A DNA stretch of 63,797 nt, counting the filler, from Paramecium tetraurelia (lineage: Eukaryota), in NCBI GenBank assembly GCA_000165425.1. It is 6 parts of 6 records of this genome, joined end to end, with 100 filler letters (N's around TTAATTAATTAA, not from the genome) between each part and the next. Parts side by side here need not be neighbours in the genome. Positions count along the whole stretch, not along the records: positions 37,727 to 56,344 come from CT868103.1; positions 56,445 to 57,783 come from CT868109.1; positions 57,884 to 61,902 come from CT868110.1; positions 62,003 to 63,797 come from CT868118.1; 2 more parts are not named here. One strand, 5' to 3'. Positions 53,001 to 63,797 of the stretch are shown one piece after another. Within the stretch, counting starts at the first letter, position 1; each line of letters opens with the position of its first letter. The translations under genes and the position numbers were made by a program. Below the pieces are notes generated by a model. The model saw only the letters and a list, made by a program, of their open reading frames with translations, was not told where the DNA came from and made no database searches.

Positions 53001-56000
53001 TAATTTGGGCAAAGGACACGGAATGCTTGTTGGAGAAGGTGGTGCTGGTAGACACTCACTCACAAAATTAGCCACTCATATTGCTGAATACAAGAGTTGG
53101 TAGATTGAAGTCAGTAAGAATTATAGAATGAAAGAGTTCAGAGAAGACATCAAAAAATGGTGTGAAGAGGCAGGATTTAAGGGAGTCTCTGGAACCTTCA
53201 TCTTTAGTGACAATCAAATTGCTAATGAGGGATTCATTGAAGATATCAATAACATTCTCTCTGTGGGTGAGGTACCAAATCTATTCAGTCAAAAGGAAGA
53301 CTATCCCTAGATCAAAGATAGAGTCAGAAAGCATTACAGAGAAGAAAACAAATTAGACAAGGATGCTAAAATCCAAGATGAAGACCCTCATCGAATATTT
53401 CTTCACTAGAATTCAAAACAATTTCCATCTTATGATTTTGATGAGTAAGACTGGAGAGAATCTAAGAAACTATTGTCGTATGTATCCAGGTTTGGTTAAT
53501 AATACCACTATGATTTGGTTTATGCCATGGCCAGAATAGGCTTTGGTTGAAGTGGCCAACAGATACTTGTTACAATTAAAGTTGGACGATGAATTAACTG
53601 CTAACATTTGCCAAGTTCTTTGGAACTGCTCACACAAAAGTGCTTTCCTTGAGTAATAGAAATGTTCCAAGAATTAAAAAGAATCTACTATGTGACACCC
53701 ACCCAAATTATATTGAATTGGTCAAAGGGTATAATGATTTATTGGAGAAGAAATAAAATGAAATTGGTGGTGAAGTTCGCAAACTAACTTTGGGATTGTA
53801 GAAATTAGATGATGCAGCAGCAAACAGTGAAGAATTGCAAAAACAATTATCCATTTATCAAATTGAATTGGCAAAGAAGAGTAAGGATTGTGAAGAGTTG
53901 ATGATCAAAATAGAGAGTGAGTCAAGAGATGCAAATGAGAAATAAGTAGAAGTGGAAACCAGATCTGCTCAAGTGGAAAAGGAAAAGGCTGAAGTGGAGA
54001 CTCTGGCAGAAGAAGCACAAAAGGATTTAGAAAAAGCAGAACCTGCATTGAGAGCAGCTGAACAAGGATTGGAAGTAATTAGATAAATAACAATTGGCTG
54101 AAGTTAGAGCTTACAGTAAACCTCCTAATGGTGTGGATAATGTCTTATAGGCTGTCATGATTATCATGGGTAAGGAGGCAACTTGGGCAAGTGCCAAGAA
54201 GGAAATGACTGCTCCTGATTTCTTGTAGCAATTGAAGAAAGTCGACAAGGATCACATCATGAATAAGACTCTAGTTAGAATTGAGAAAATCACAAGTGAT
54301 CCTGAAATGCTTCCCTCCAAGATTGATGCCATTTCAGTTGCTTCTGGTACTCTTTGGAGATGGGTCTTGTCATTGGAAATGTATGCCAAAGCATTTAAGG
54401 ACATTGAACCCAAGAGAAACAAGGTCAAGTATTTGAAAGAGAAATTGAAGAAGAGTGAAGATGAATTCCAATAATTGCAGGAGAACTTCTAGATTTTGAA
54501 GTAGAGTATTGAAAAATTGAAGACCGATTTGTAGAGAGCAAAGGATGATATGGAAATGTATACCAGAGAAACTTCAGTGTTGGTTAACAAATTGGAGAGA
54601 GCAGAAAAGTTGATATCAGGATTGGCAAGCACCAAAGAAGGTTGGGCTATAAGGAGAAAGGAATTGTAAGGAAAACTAGAAGTCTTGGTTGGAGATGCCT
54701 TAATGACAGCTGCATTCTTGAGTTATGCAGGTCCATTCCCATCTGAATATAGACAACAATTTGTTGCTGAATAGTTAATTGGATAAGTCAGATACTTAAA
54801 GATCCCATACTCTAAAGATTGGAATTTCCCTGATTTTCTAGTTAAACCAGTTTAGTTCTTATAATGGAGTCAATAAGGATTGCCAGATGATCAATTTTCT
54901 AAAGAAAATGGTGTTCTAGTCACTTAAGGAAGAAGATGGCCATTGATGATTGATCCACAAGTCTAAGCCAACAATTGGATTAAAAATATGGAAAGAGCCA
55001 TCAATAAGAATAATCTTAAAGAGCTAGATCCATAGAATGAAAAGATGATGAGCATAATTGAAACAGCTATTGCAAATGGATAAATTGTGATCTTAGAAAA
55101 CATGGGAGAAGATTTGGATCCTTCTTTGGAACCAGTCTTGAATAAATAATTGAGAACAGTCAATAATAAGTTAATGATGTACATGGGAGAAAAAGAAATC
55201 TTGTACAATCCTAATTTCAGATTCTACATGACTACTAAATTGGCTAATCCAAAGTATAAGGCTGAAACATAAACAAGAGTCACTTTAGTTAATTTCACAG
55301 TGAAATAAAAAGGTCTGGAAGAATAATTGATTTCAGTTGTCATTCAAATTATGGAAGCCTAATTAGAAAAGAGTAAGAATGATTTGGTCAATAAGAAATC
55401 TTAAAATGAGATAACTTTACGTAAGTTGGATGATGATATTTTGAAGATGCTCTAGGAAATCAAAGGAAGTTTGATTGATGATGAAAATCTTATTGTCACC
55501 TTAGACAAATCTAAGGAAACTGAGGAAGAGGTCAAGAAGCAAATCGAAACCTCAGCTGTTTCAATGAAGAAAACCTTTGCAGCAAGAGAAAACTATCGTT
55601 CATTAGCCAGAATTGCATCCAAATTATTCTTTGTTTTAAATGATTTTTCACTTATTGATCACATGTATCAATTTGCCTTGTCCAATTACATTGAGTAATT
55701 TGGTGAAAATATCAATACATATCAAAGCAGAGGAGCATCCATAAATGACTCTTTGTAAGAGAAATTATCAGATATTGCAGCTAGACATTCTGAAGAGATA
55801 TTCAAAACTGCATGCCGAGGATTATTCGAGAAAGATAAACTCTTGCTGGCCATTTAAATGGCTGTGAACATCACAAGCGAATTGAAGAGTTAGATTACAA
55901 TTGATTTAGAGGAATACAACTTCTTCTTGAGAGGTGGAGATCCAAATGCAGATAGAAAGAATCAACCTCACAATCCAATTTCAGATTGGGTCACTGAATA

Positions 56001-56344
56001 ATAATGGCAAGCCATTTGTGATTTGGATAAATTACCAAACTTTACTGGTATCATCAATGCTTTCACTCACAATGGTAAAGAATGGAAGAAGTGGTATTTG
56101 AGTCCAACACCAGAATCAGACGCATTACCAGGCGAATGGGATCAAAAATGTGATAGTCTTAAGAAGATGATCTTACTTAAAATAATCAGACCTGACAGAG
56201 TTCTTTTGGCAGCATAAGCATTTGTTAATGCAACCATGGGACAATTCTATACCTAGCCACCTGCAACTACTTATGATTCGATTTACAATGACACCACCAA
56301 AAATAAGCCTGTGATATTCATCTTGTCTCCAGGTGTTGATCCCT
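44010..56344 (+). CDS. Axonemal dynein heavy chain, inner-arm I1/f beta-like (DNAH2-like), truncated near the start of AAA6
   Basis: ATG at 44010 and intron 44332-44353. Long N-terminal stem, then P1 [20 protein letters not shown]...[18 protein letters not shown]...[18 protein letters not shown]2 GQSLAGKT, P3 GLTGTGKT, P4 GEGGAGR, the stalk, and AAA5 RWPLMIDPQ. It ends at [10 protein letters not shown]. The subtype call rests on P1-region similarity recalled for DNAH2. Confidence 0.95.
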
Positions 56345-56444
56345 NNNNNNNNNNNNNNNNNNNNNNNNNNNNNNNNNNNNNNNNNNNNTTAATTAATTAA
56401 NNNNNNNNNNNNNNNNNNNNNNNNNNNNNNNNNNNNNNNNNNNN
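56345..56444. other. Artificial spacer N44-TTAATTAATTAA-N44
   Basis: 12-mer at 56389-56400. Confidence 0.97.
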
Positions 56445-57539
56445 TTAGTTTTTACGTGGCAGTCTGATTCTGATTAATAAAAATGATAATTTTAAATTTT
56501 GTGCGCCTTTATAGGTAATCAGAAATGGATGTCGTCTTACCTTTAAGATTAGAAGAAAAAGATCGAATAGGAAACATTAATCGTCTTTGATTCTTTTTCA
56601 AAGATAATTTTATCTTGAGGATCATCGATGTTGAAAATTACAAATAAAGTCCTCAGCAATCCACTGCCAGGTACCTACTATATCTCAAAATATTTTATAA
56701 CCACGCTACATGGTTAGTTTTTGAGGGGTTTCGTTTTATTTCATGGACAAGAGGTGAGAAGCAATATGTAAAAGAATTTTGCAATTCTAGCATTCATACT
56801 TTATGTTCAGACATCTATTTTAGAGGTTGAGCAAATTCAAACTCAGTTGAAGTGCTAGAAAGAGATTTTAAATTATAAGTATAGAGAATTAACAACTTTG
56901 AAGGAGCTGGAGAAAAGAAAGGGTTACATTTCCTTTTATTTTTCCTCTCGATTTGATATCTTGTAAAGTGGTATAGGAATTAAGTCTTTTGGCTGTTAGG
57001 ATGGTGATGGAGAAGTAGCACAGATATATTTGATGCGTGAAGAATTATAGGCTTGTCGTTTTTTCTAATTGAAGTGATCAGCTATTAGGAGAGAAAGAAG
57101 TCTAAATTCTTCTGTAATTTTTTCTTAGCCCTGAGCTCGCAGTAAACTAATCCAATAAATCAGAATTGTAGGATCCTTTTGTGTTTCTGTATGAGAAGCA
57201 CTTTGACAATTAAATTGGTGTAAAACATATAAAATTTTGTGATAATTGTATTATTAAACCTCTAAAGCAAACTCTATCTAGTTAAAAAAAAATCGATGAA
57301 TTGTAAAGGAAGACATTATAAGTGTCAAAATAGGGTGCTGAAATACACGAATAAATATATATATTTATAGATTGATTTGATAATTAAGAGGAATTTTTTA
57401 AATAAAGTTTATGATTCAGAGTACATTTAGATTAATTTAAATAATAAAATGAAATTATCTAGTAATTATTGATAATCAATTTAAGCATATGAACCTAAAA
57501 TTGATTTTCTAATGATTTTTATTCAATTATCTATCTCTA

Positions 57540-57720
57540 AGGATTCCAACCTTGTGCCTATTTTTAAACATCCTTCGATTCATCAAATTTCTTCATCATA
57601 TTATCCACCTTCACTAAGATTGTTCCTAAATTTATACTTCTATTAAATACCACTTACCTCTTATGACAAATATCCAATCTACTAACTTTTTTCTATTTTA
57701 CTACTACATGTTTCTTTTTA
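57540..57720 (-). pseudogene. Decayed fragment of the Paramecium KxGxWxx/GGxYD repeat protein family
   Basis: Minus-strand fragments KKVSRLDI, EGGQYDEE and LKIGTRLE occur with stops and frameshifts. Confidence 0.35.
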
Positions 57721-57783
57721 AGAAAGGTAAAACTATTTTAATTGGAGTGAATTTTGGTTTGGTGCGTTATTGAGGCATCTATA

Positions 57784-57883
57784 NNNNNNNNNNNNNNNNN
57801 NNNNNNNNNNNNNNNNNNNNNNNNNNNTTAATTAATTAANNNNNNNNNNNNNNNNNNNNNNNNNNNNNNNNNNNNNNNNNNNN
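57784..57883. other. Artificial spacer N44-TTAATTAATTAA-N44
   Basis: 12-mer at 57828-57839. Confidence 0.97.
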
Positions 57884-60800
57884 TAACACATAAAAACCAA
57901 TGGGTCATTTTCAAAGAGTTTCTAAAATTCCAACTGCCTCCAGAATGCCGTCATAAATTATCAATTGTTTTATTCAGCGCCTTCATCATATATATAAATC
58001 CAAATACAAAGCACAATATAAATAAGTACTGAAGCATCCTACCACAATAAGCTGATGAAGCAAACCTATCTAGTTATAGAAGAAGGAGACTAATAGTGTA
58101 TAGTTATTGTATTTAAATTATAGTATGGTTTACTAGTTAATTAACTTTAAATTTTTACTATTGCAAAAAGAAGGAACAATCTATAAGTGCTTATCGTACC
58201 ACTATCCGACATAAATTTGGTCTATGCTAGGTTTATGTTCAAGAACACTAGAAGATGTACATATATGAAGGTTCATTAAAAGGGCGACCATTAACACTTA
58301 ATATAGCATGTACGTTGTGTAACTCCAAACTTATTGAGAAGCCTTTAGAAATAACAGAAAGCATGTCTCTGAACCTCTTAATTGTTAATATAATGTTGCC
58401 AGAAATTGTTTCAAGGCCCTTATTTTATAAAAAAATATCACTTTGGTAAGGAGCTTATAAAATTTATATTTCTGGCCTTGCTTCTTAATGATGCAATCAA
58501 CATCGAGTTATTTAAATTTAAATATTGAACCCTCACAATATTGCACAGCCACATAAACACCATTAATCCATGCTCAATATAGTTTAATGCAGTTGTAAAC
58601 TGATTTAACTGTCATTTAAATTTTAATTTGAAGTAAACAATTAAGGATGCCATCATGACTCCCTGTTAACATTTTTGTATTGAAACTCTTCTTTGTAAGA
58701 GTACAATATATTCTAGCATTTAGGTTCCTCAAATAAACAAAATTTTTAAACAGGGTCATTCAAATCTCCCTTTCCATCAATCAACTAAAGAGTAATTTAG
58801 TTGTTGAAAGGTTGTCAATTCATCATTTTAATCAAATTTATAATAACGAAGATGATCATTTCAGTATTTCATAAGATTTAGTTTGCTTGCAAATGACTGA
58901 AAAACATGATCTTAAATTCTGTAAGAATGAAACAAAATAATTCTAATTCTTCATCCAGCTCCTATTAGAACACAGATTGATTATTTATTACAAGGATACT
59001 CTCTTAATTTTTCTCACAATAAAACATAACTATTTAATTATACAGTGATGAGCCTTGCTTCCATATAAAAAAACTTAATGATGTTTTAAATAGACAGTTT
59101 ACTTAATCACTAGCTAGCGTAAATAATCCTGAAGAGTTATGATATTTCATGAAAAAATAAATTTAATTTAATTCATTTCGATGATTAGCAAATCTATACT
59201 TAATTATCTTTATGGCATTTATAATTATTACAAATTATATAACAAACTTTTTTACAGTTTATAAGTGGTGTGTCAAATATCAATTATAGCAACCTCGAAG
59301 ATGATTTTGGCTCTTCTTTCGCCCTACTTTCCTATCAAAAGTTTAAATAAATATATGATTATCTAGCACTTAAGCTTAGATATTTTGACTACTAGATAAT
59401 CAATAGAAATAAACCAATTTCCATAAGCAGGTTCGTTAGAAGAGCGATTACCAATCCTAAGGCTCTTAACTACTAATAAACCATAAACATGTTTGAATGT
59501 ATGCAGATTTCACTTTTCTTCAGATCAAATATGCGGATTATAAAATTATTATCAACAAAAGCGTAACTGATCCTATATAAGCATGCAAATCCCTACTTCT
59601 CTCTCAACAGTCAAATGGATTCTATGATATTATTTACATAAAACTTTAAAGTTTACATCGAATTACTATTCACAAAGATTCTTAGACAAAATCAAAGTAC
59701 GAACACTATGTCAATTAAGAAATTCTATTATTATGATCAATAGAATCCAAGATAAATTTCAGATTTTCATACACAAATTAAAATTACATCACTAGACCTT
59801 TTAGTATGTTCTCCCCCTCACACCCATTTCAAAATATGATTGTAATTCTTAACTAAATTTCCTACAAATAATCACCAATCAACTATAAATAAATGGATTT
59901 TTCATAATTATGAGAAAAGAATACTAGCCGTCATGTTTTATAGTTCTAAAAGCGAATATATAATTAATAAAATATTTAATTATTTGAATCTCTTTATTCC
60001 CTATTGATTACATATTAGGTTATTGGAACTAATAGTGATTTCGCTCTAGTCTTTGTTAGGTTCTATATTATTTTTGATATGATGGGCTCGAGATCGATAT
60101 CCAATTATCTTCTTTCCATTAATTAATTGATTGGGTTGAAATTTTATCATTGGGAGAAGGATTAAAAGTTGTCAAATTTAATAAACAAGGTTTCTTGAAA
60201 GACCTTGCCTTCTCCAAAAGTAAATAAGAGGCATCAACTTATTCTGAATTTCTTTATTGTCATTGAAAATCTAATGCCTAAATAATTTATCTGAATTATA
60301 TTATAGTTTTTTAGAATGGATATAGTTTCTAAACCCTTTTTAATATATGCTATTTTGGATTCAATGGCTTTCTTAATTGTGCTGTAAGTTAAGCTTCATT
60401 TTTTGAAATATCTTTAATGCTGCATCTATTTCCATTTAAGATCAGCATTTTAAAATTAGTAATAAGAATGAAGTACCCTTATAAAGAATCTTAGTTTTTA
60501 CTTTTGTTTTCAGAAATTTTAAGTTATCCTACCTAGTATTGGGTTTCTTTTGTGAGGATTTGGAAATGATTTTGAAGGAATCTCATAAGATTATCATAAA
60601 TGAATGGACCTGAAATAAAGTGATTATTTTACTGGCTACCATAATGTGAGTACTGGAATCTTAATATTAAATTCTAGCCTAATTCCACTAAAATTAACTT
60701 TACATTGTAAAGTAAATTCCCAACAGACTTTAGGAGCTTATATTATAAACTTCGTGTACAAAGCATCCGCATAAGATTAACAAGTTGTAGTACGTACAGT

Positions 60801-61902
60801 ATGAGTAAGGTTTGGGCTCATAATATATACTGCTCATCTACTTCAATAGCTAGGTGACCCTCCATATAAATCAAATCAAGGGTAAAAGGATGAAATTTAT
60901 CATATTCACCAATAAATAAGAAGCTACAATAAGCATTTCAGGCATTTATTATAAAGTACTTTTTGCTTCAGAGTAATAACTTGGGACATAGATATAGCAA
61001 CTGATTCTTGTAAAGAAGAGACACATGCTATTGTAACAAAAAATAACAATGCATTTTGAATCTTGATAGCGTTTCAAATCTTCATTATAAACAAAAGCAA
61101 AATCTACAATTTTCACTTGGTTGTAGTCTAGAGTATTGAAAATTATTTAGAATTTACAGCTCTCAAGGAAAGTTTATAGATATATTTTGAGCATCCGTCA
61201 TTATTACAGTGACTTTTAAGTAAGGCTTGGTTTTCAAATCATATATACCTAGCGATAATTTTCAGGATCACGAAAGTTAAGCAGGCCATCTGTGTACTCA
61301 GTAGAATAATACCAATAAAGGCACAACTTAATTTATTTGTAATGCAAAAACTTATAATGTAAATTATTACAACAAACTGTCATGTTTAGCTGCTATATAA
61401 ATACTATCAATCGAAGTATAGATTTAGTATAGTGATATCAATATCGTTAGAATCGCACATCAAAAGTCAAAATACTGCACAACGATTAGAATGACAGATT
61501 TAAAAAATACAAAAAACTTAGGAATAGCCCATCAACGTAGGGGGGTAGAGTTTTTATATATATTTTGATGAACTTAGTAGCAGAATTGATCACATTATCA
61601 CATTTATTCAGACTTGGAGAATAAATATAAGGATTTTAGGAGCATAATAACATAAAAGTCAAGAAAATATTTAGAAAGTATTAAGGAAGCAGTTGAATAT
61701 TAAAAAAAGTTAGCATGGGATTATGCGTTAAAATAGGAAGGGTTGCTAGAGTCGCCATATTTCCATAGGTAGCGCTTGTAAAGTAAGGGTAGAATTGCTG
61801 TGTTCCTTGTGTTATACATCAAACTAATTTTGAAATGGTCGCTAAAATCTAAATATACAGTATTATCAAGGAGGTATCATTAATTAGTAGACTATTGAAC
61901 CG

Positions 61903-62002
61903 NNNNNNNNNNNNNNNNNNNNNNNNNNNNNNNNNNNNNNNNNNNNTTAATTAATTAANNNNNNNNNNNNNNNNNNNNNNNNNNNNNNNNNNNNNNNNNN
62001 NN
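61903..62002. other. Artificial spacer N44-TTAATTAATTAA-N44
   Basis: 12-mer at 61947-61958. Confidence 0.97.
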
Positions 62003-63797
62003 AAGTTATTGATTTTGTAAAGTCATACAAAATGGAATTATAAATATTAGAAAATGTCTAATAAAAATTAAAATTTAGGATTGGTCGAAATTCAAGTAAT
62101 TGATGAATTTCTATTTCGATGACATATTCCCCAAAGCTTACATCTGATCCCACATCCTAAATCATATATAAGCTGCTATTCCAATCAATCTTATCTAAAT
62201 TTGATAATGTAAACTATATTGTTTCTGATAAAGGTTAGGTTGAGTAAATTTTTACTTGTTGATTAAACCAGATGCTAATGTATTATAAATTTGAAGTCAT
62301 GTTGAGATAAGTAATTAATAATTTTGGTGCATAGATAAATGCGCATTAGCTAGGAGAATCTCTTATCATTATAGTGCATATCCAATCTTATTCAATCAAG
62401 CAATTCTTGCATCCATCTAGTACTTCCAAATTTCCATCATCGCATTCCTCTTATTACTAAAGCAATCCATCTCCACATTATAATTATCATTTGCATTAAT
62501 TAGAAATTTGTAATTAATACTAATCATTGCACTTTAAACAAATACCTTGATAGCATTCATGACAATTTTGTGGACATGAATAAGAATACTTGCAATCAAA
62601 GCAACCGTCAAATTAGATTGTATTGCCATCATCACAATCTTCTTCCTTTGTGACAATCTGATCACCACAAACAGAAAGGCACCTATTATTAACAAACCTA
62701 TATCCATCTTCACATATAAAAATGCATTTTCCTAAATTGCATATGATGCAATCTTCAGCGCATTAAAACTTACATTCAAAGCAACCATCATAAGGTAGCA
62801 AATTTCCATCATCACAATCTTCATACTATTAGAGAACAAATTTATCTCCGCAATAAGGAAGACATGTATTTTCTGACAGTTAATATCCTACTTCACACAC
62901 CAAGCACATTGAAAGCAGTTAACGTTGACAATTAGCTATTAAGAGAAATCTACAATCCGAACAATCCTCCCATTCCCTATTATCCGACAGGTCGCATTAT
63001 TCAGCGGAATAAGGAACTACATTACCATCTCCACAAGAAGCAACACAATTAAAATCAGCATTAAGATCAAATCCAAAAACACATTCAGAACAAATTCCAA
63101 ATAAACAAGTTTTGCAAAAGCTTTTGCATGAATATTTGCATTAATAACAAGTATTATTAGATATTATATTAGTATCATCACATTCTTCTTAACCTTGAAT
63201 AATACCATCACCACAAATTGGATGACAATTTTCAAGAATTTTTTCTTTAACCCAACCTTCTTTGCAAATCAAGCATTTATCATCAAATTACTCTAAACAA
63301 CCTTCTTTAAATTTGCTTACTATTGTTTCTAATTAAGTCTAAATTACTCTTAAAGAGCCATATTAATCTTCAATAGTTCCATCAACACAAAATGGATGGC
63401 AAGTCTCAAGAAATTTATCTTAAATCCAACCTTTTTAACAAATCAAACATTTATCATCAATCGATTCTAAACAACCTTCTTTAAATGTTTTTGTTATCGT
63501 TTCTGGTTAAGTTTAAGAAATTTCAAAATTTTTTATATGACATAATTCTCCTTGTATGATTCCATCAGCACAAAAGGGATAGCAATTCTCAAGAAATTCG
63601 TCTCTAATCCAACCTTCTTAACAAATCAGACATTTATTATCAATTGATTCTAAACAACCTTCATTGAATTTATTTAAAATTATTTCTGCTTCAGTGTAAA
63701 ATAATTCAAAATCTCTTATTAAACCATAATCCCAGCGTTTTGAGTTTTAATATTCAACTTTAATATAGGATCATTATGGATTCTTGATTAAATATTT
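62003..63797 (-). CDS. Cys-rich CGDG-repeat (DUF4215-like) surface protein, internal fragment; same family as 1-2691
   Basis: Motifs PICGDGIIQGQEECDDTN, SCGDGNVVPYSAEQCD, VCGDQIVTKEEDCDDGNTIQFDGCFDC and QCGDGLLQQQEECDDGNLEVLDGC, followed by YLNMT..QYISIWFNQQVK, which matches the post-repeat domain of the first gene. Confidence 0.85.

Noticed and set aside
60750..60870. Minus-strand GSP...AVYI...SYADAL as an RT active site
   Set aside because: The second Asp is missing, stops intervene, and the spacing to the YLG-like fragment is too long. It cannot be supported on its own.
1..63797. Retained TA-bounded IESs, tRNA/rRNA genes and terminal telomere tracts
   Set aside because: The ORF disruptions I examined were single-base indels or short introns rather than TA-flanked inserts. 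No RNA gene or long C4A2/C3A3 tract was recognised by eye.

Overview
AT-rich ciliate DNA, most likely Paramecium. Long genes read through only when TAA/TAG are taken as Gln and TGA as the sole stop, and they carry 21-29 nt GT..AG introns. The supplied standard-code ORF track is therefore mostly fragments or antisense noise. The window is not one locus: five artificial 100-nt spacers (N44-TTAATTAATTAA-N44) join segments 1-18903, 19004-37626, 37727-56344, 56445-57783, 57884-61902 and 62003-end. Segment 1 holds two large Cys-rich membrane-protein genes around about 10 kb of decayed DNA with LINE-like RT and APE remnants. Segment 2 is very gene-dense: RIB72/EFHC-like, USP9/24/34-family DUB, an acylated small protein, an UNC-93-like MFS, RPB3, a tandem B-box-like tail-anchored protein, and an EF-hand/EML protein. 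Segment 3 holds an inner-arm I1-beta-like dynein heavy chain, a decayed NACHT NTPase, and a B-box-like/coiled-coil/pentapeptide gene ending in at least 11 near-identical 126-nt WD40 repeats that vary almost only at a few fixed codons. That array resembles fungal HET-E/HET-D allorecognition receptors and is the best candidate for an unusual system. All translations were done by eye and no database searches were run.
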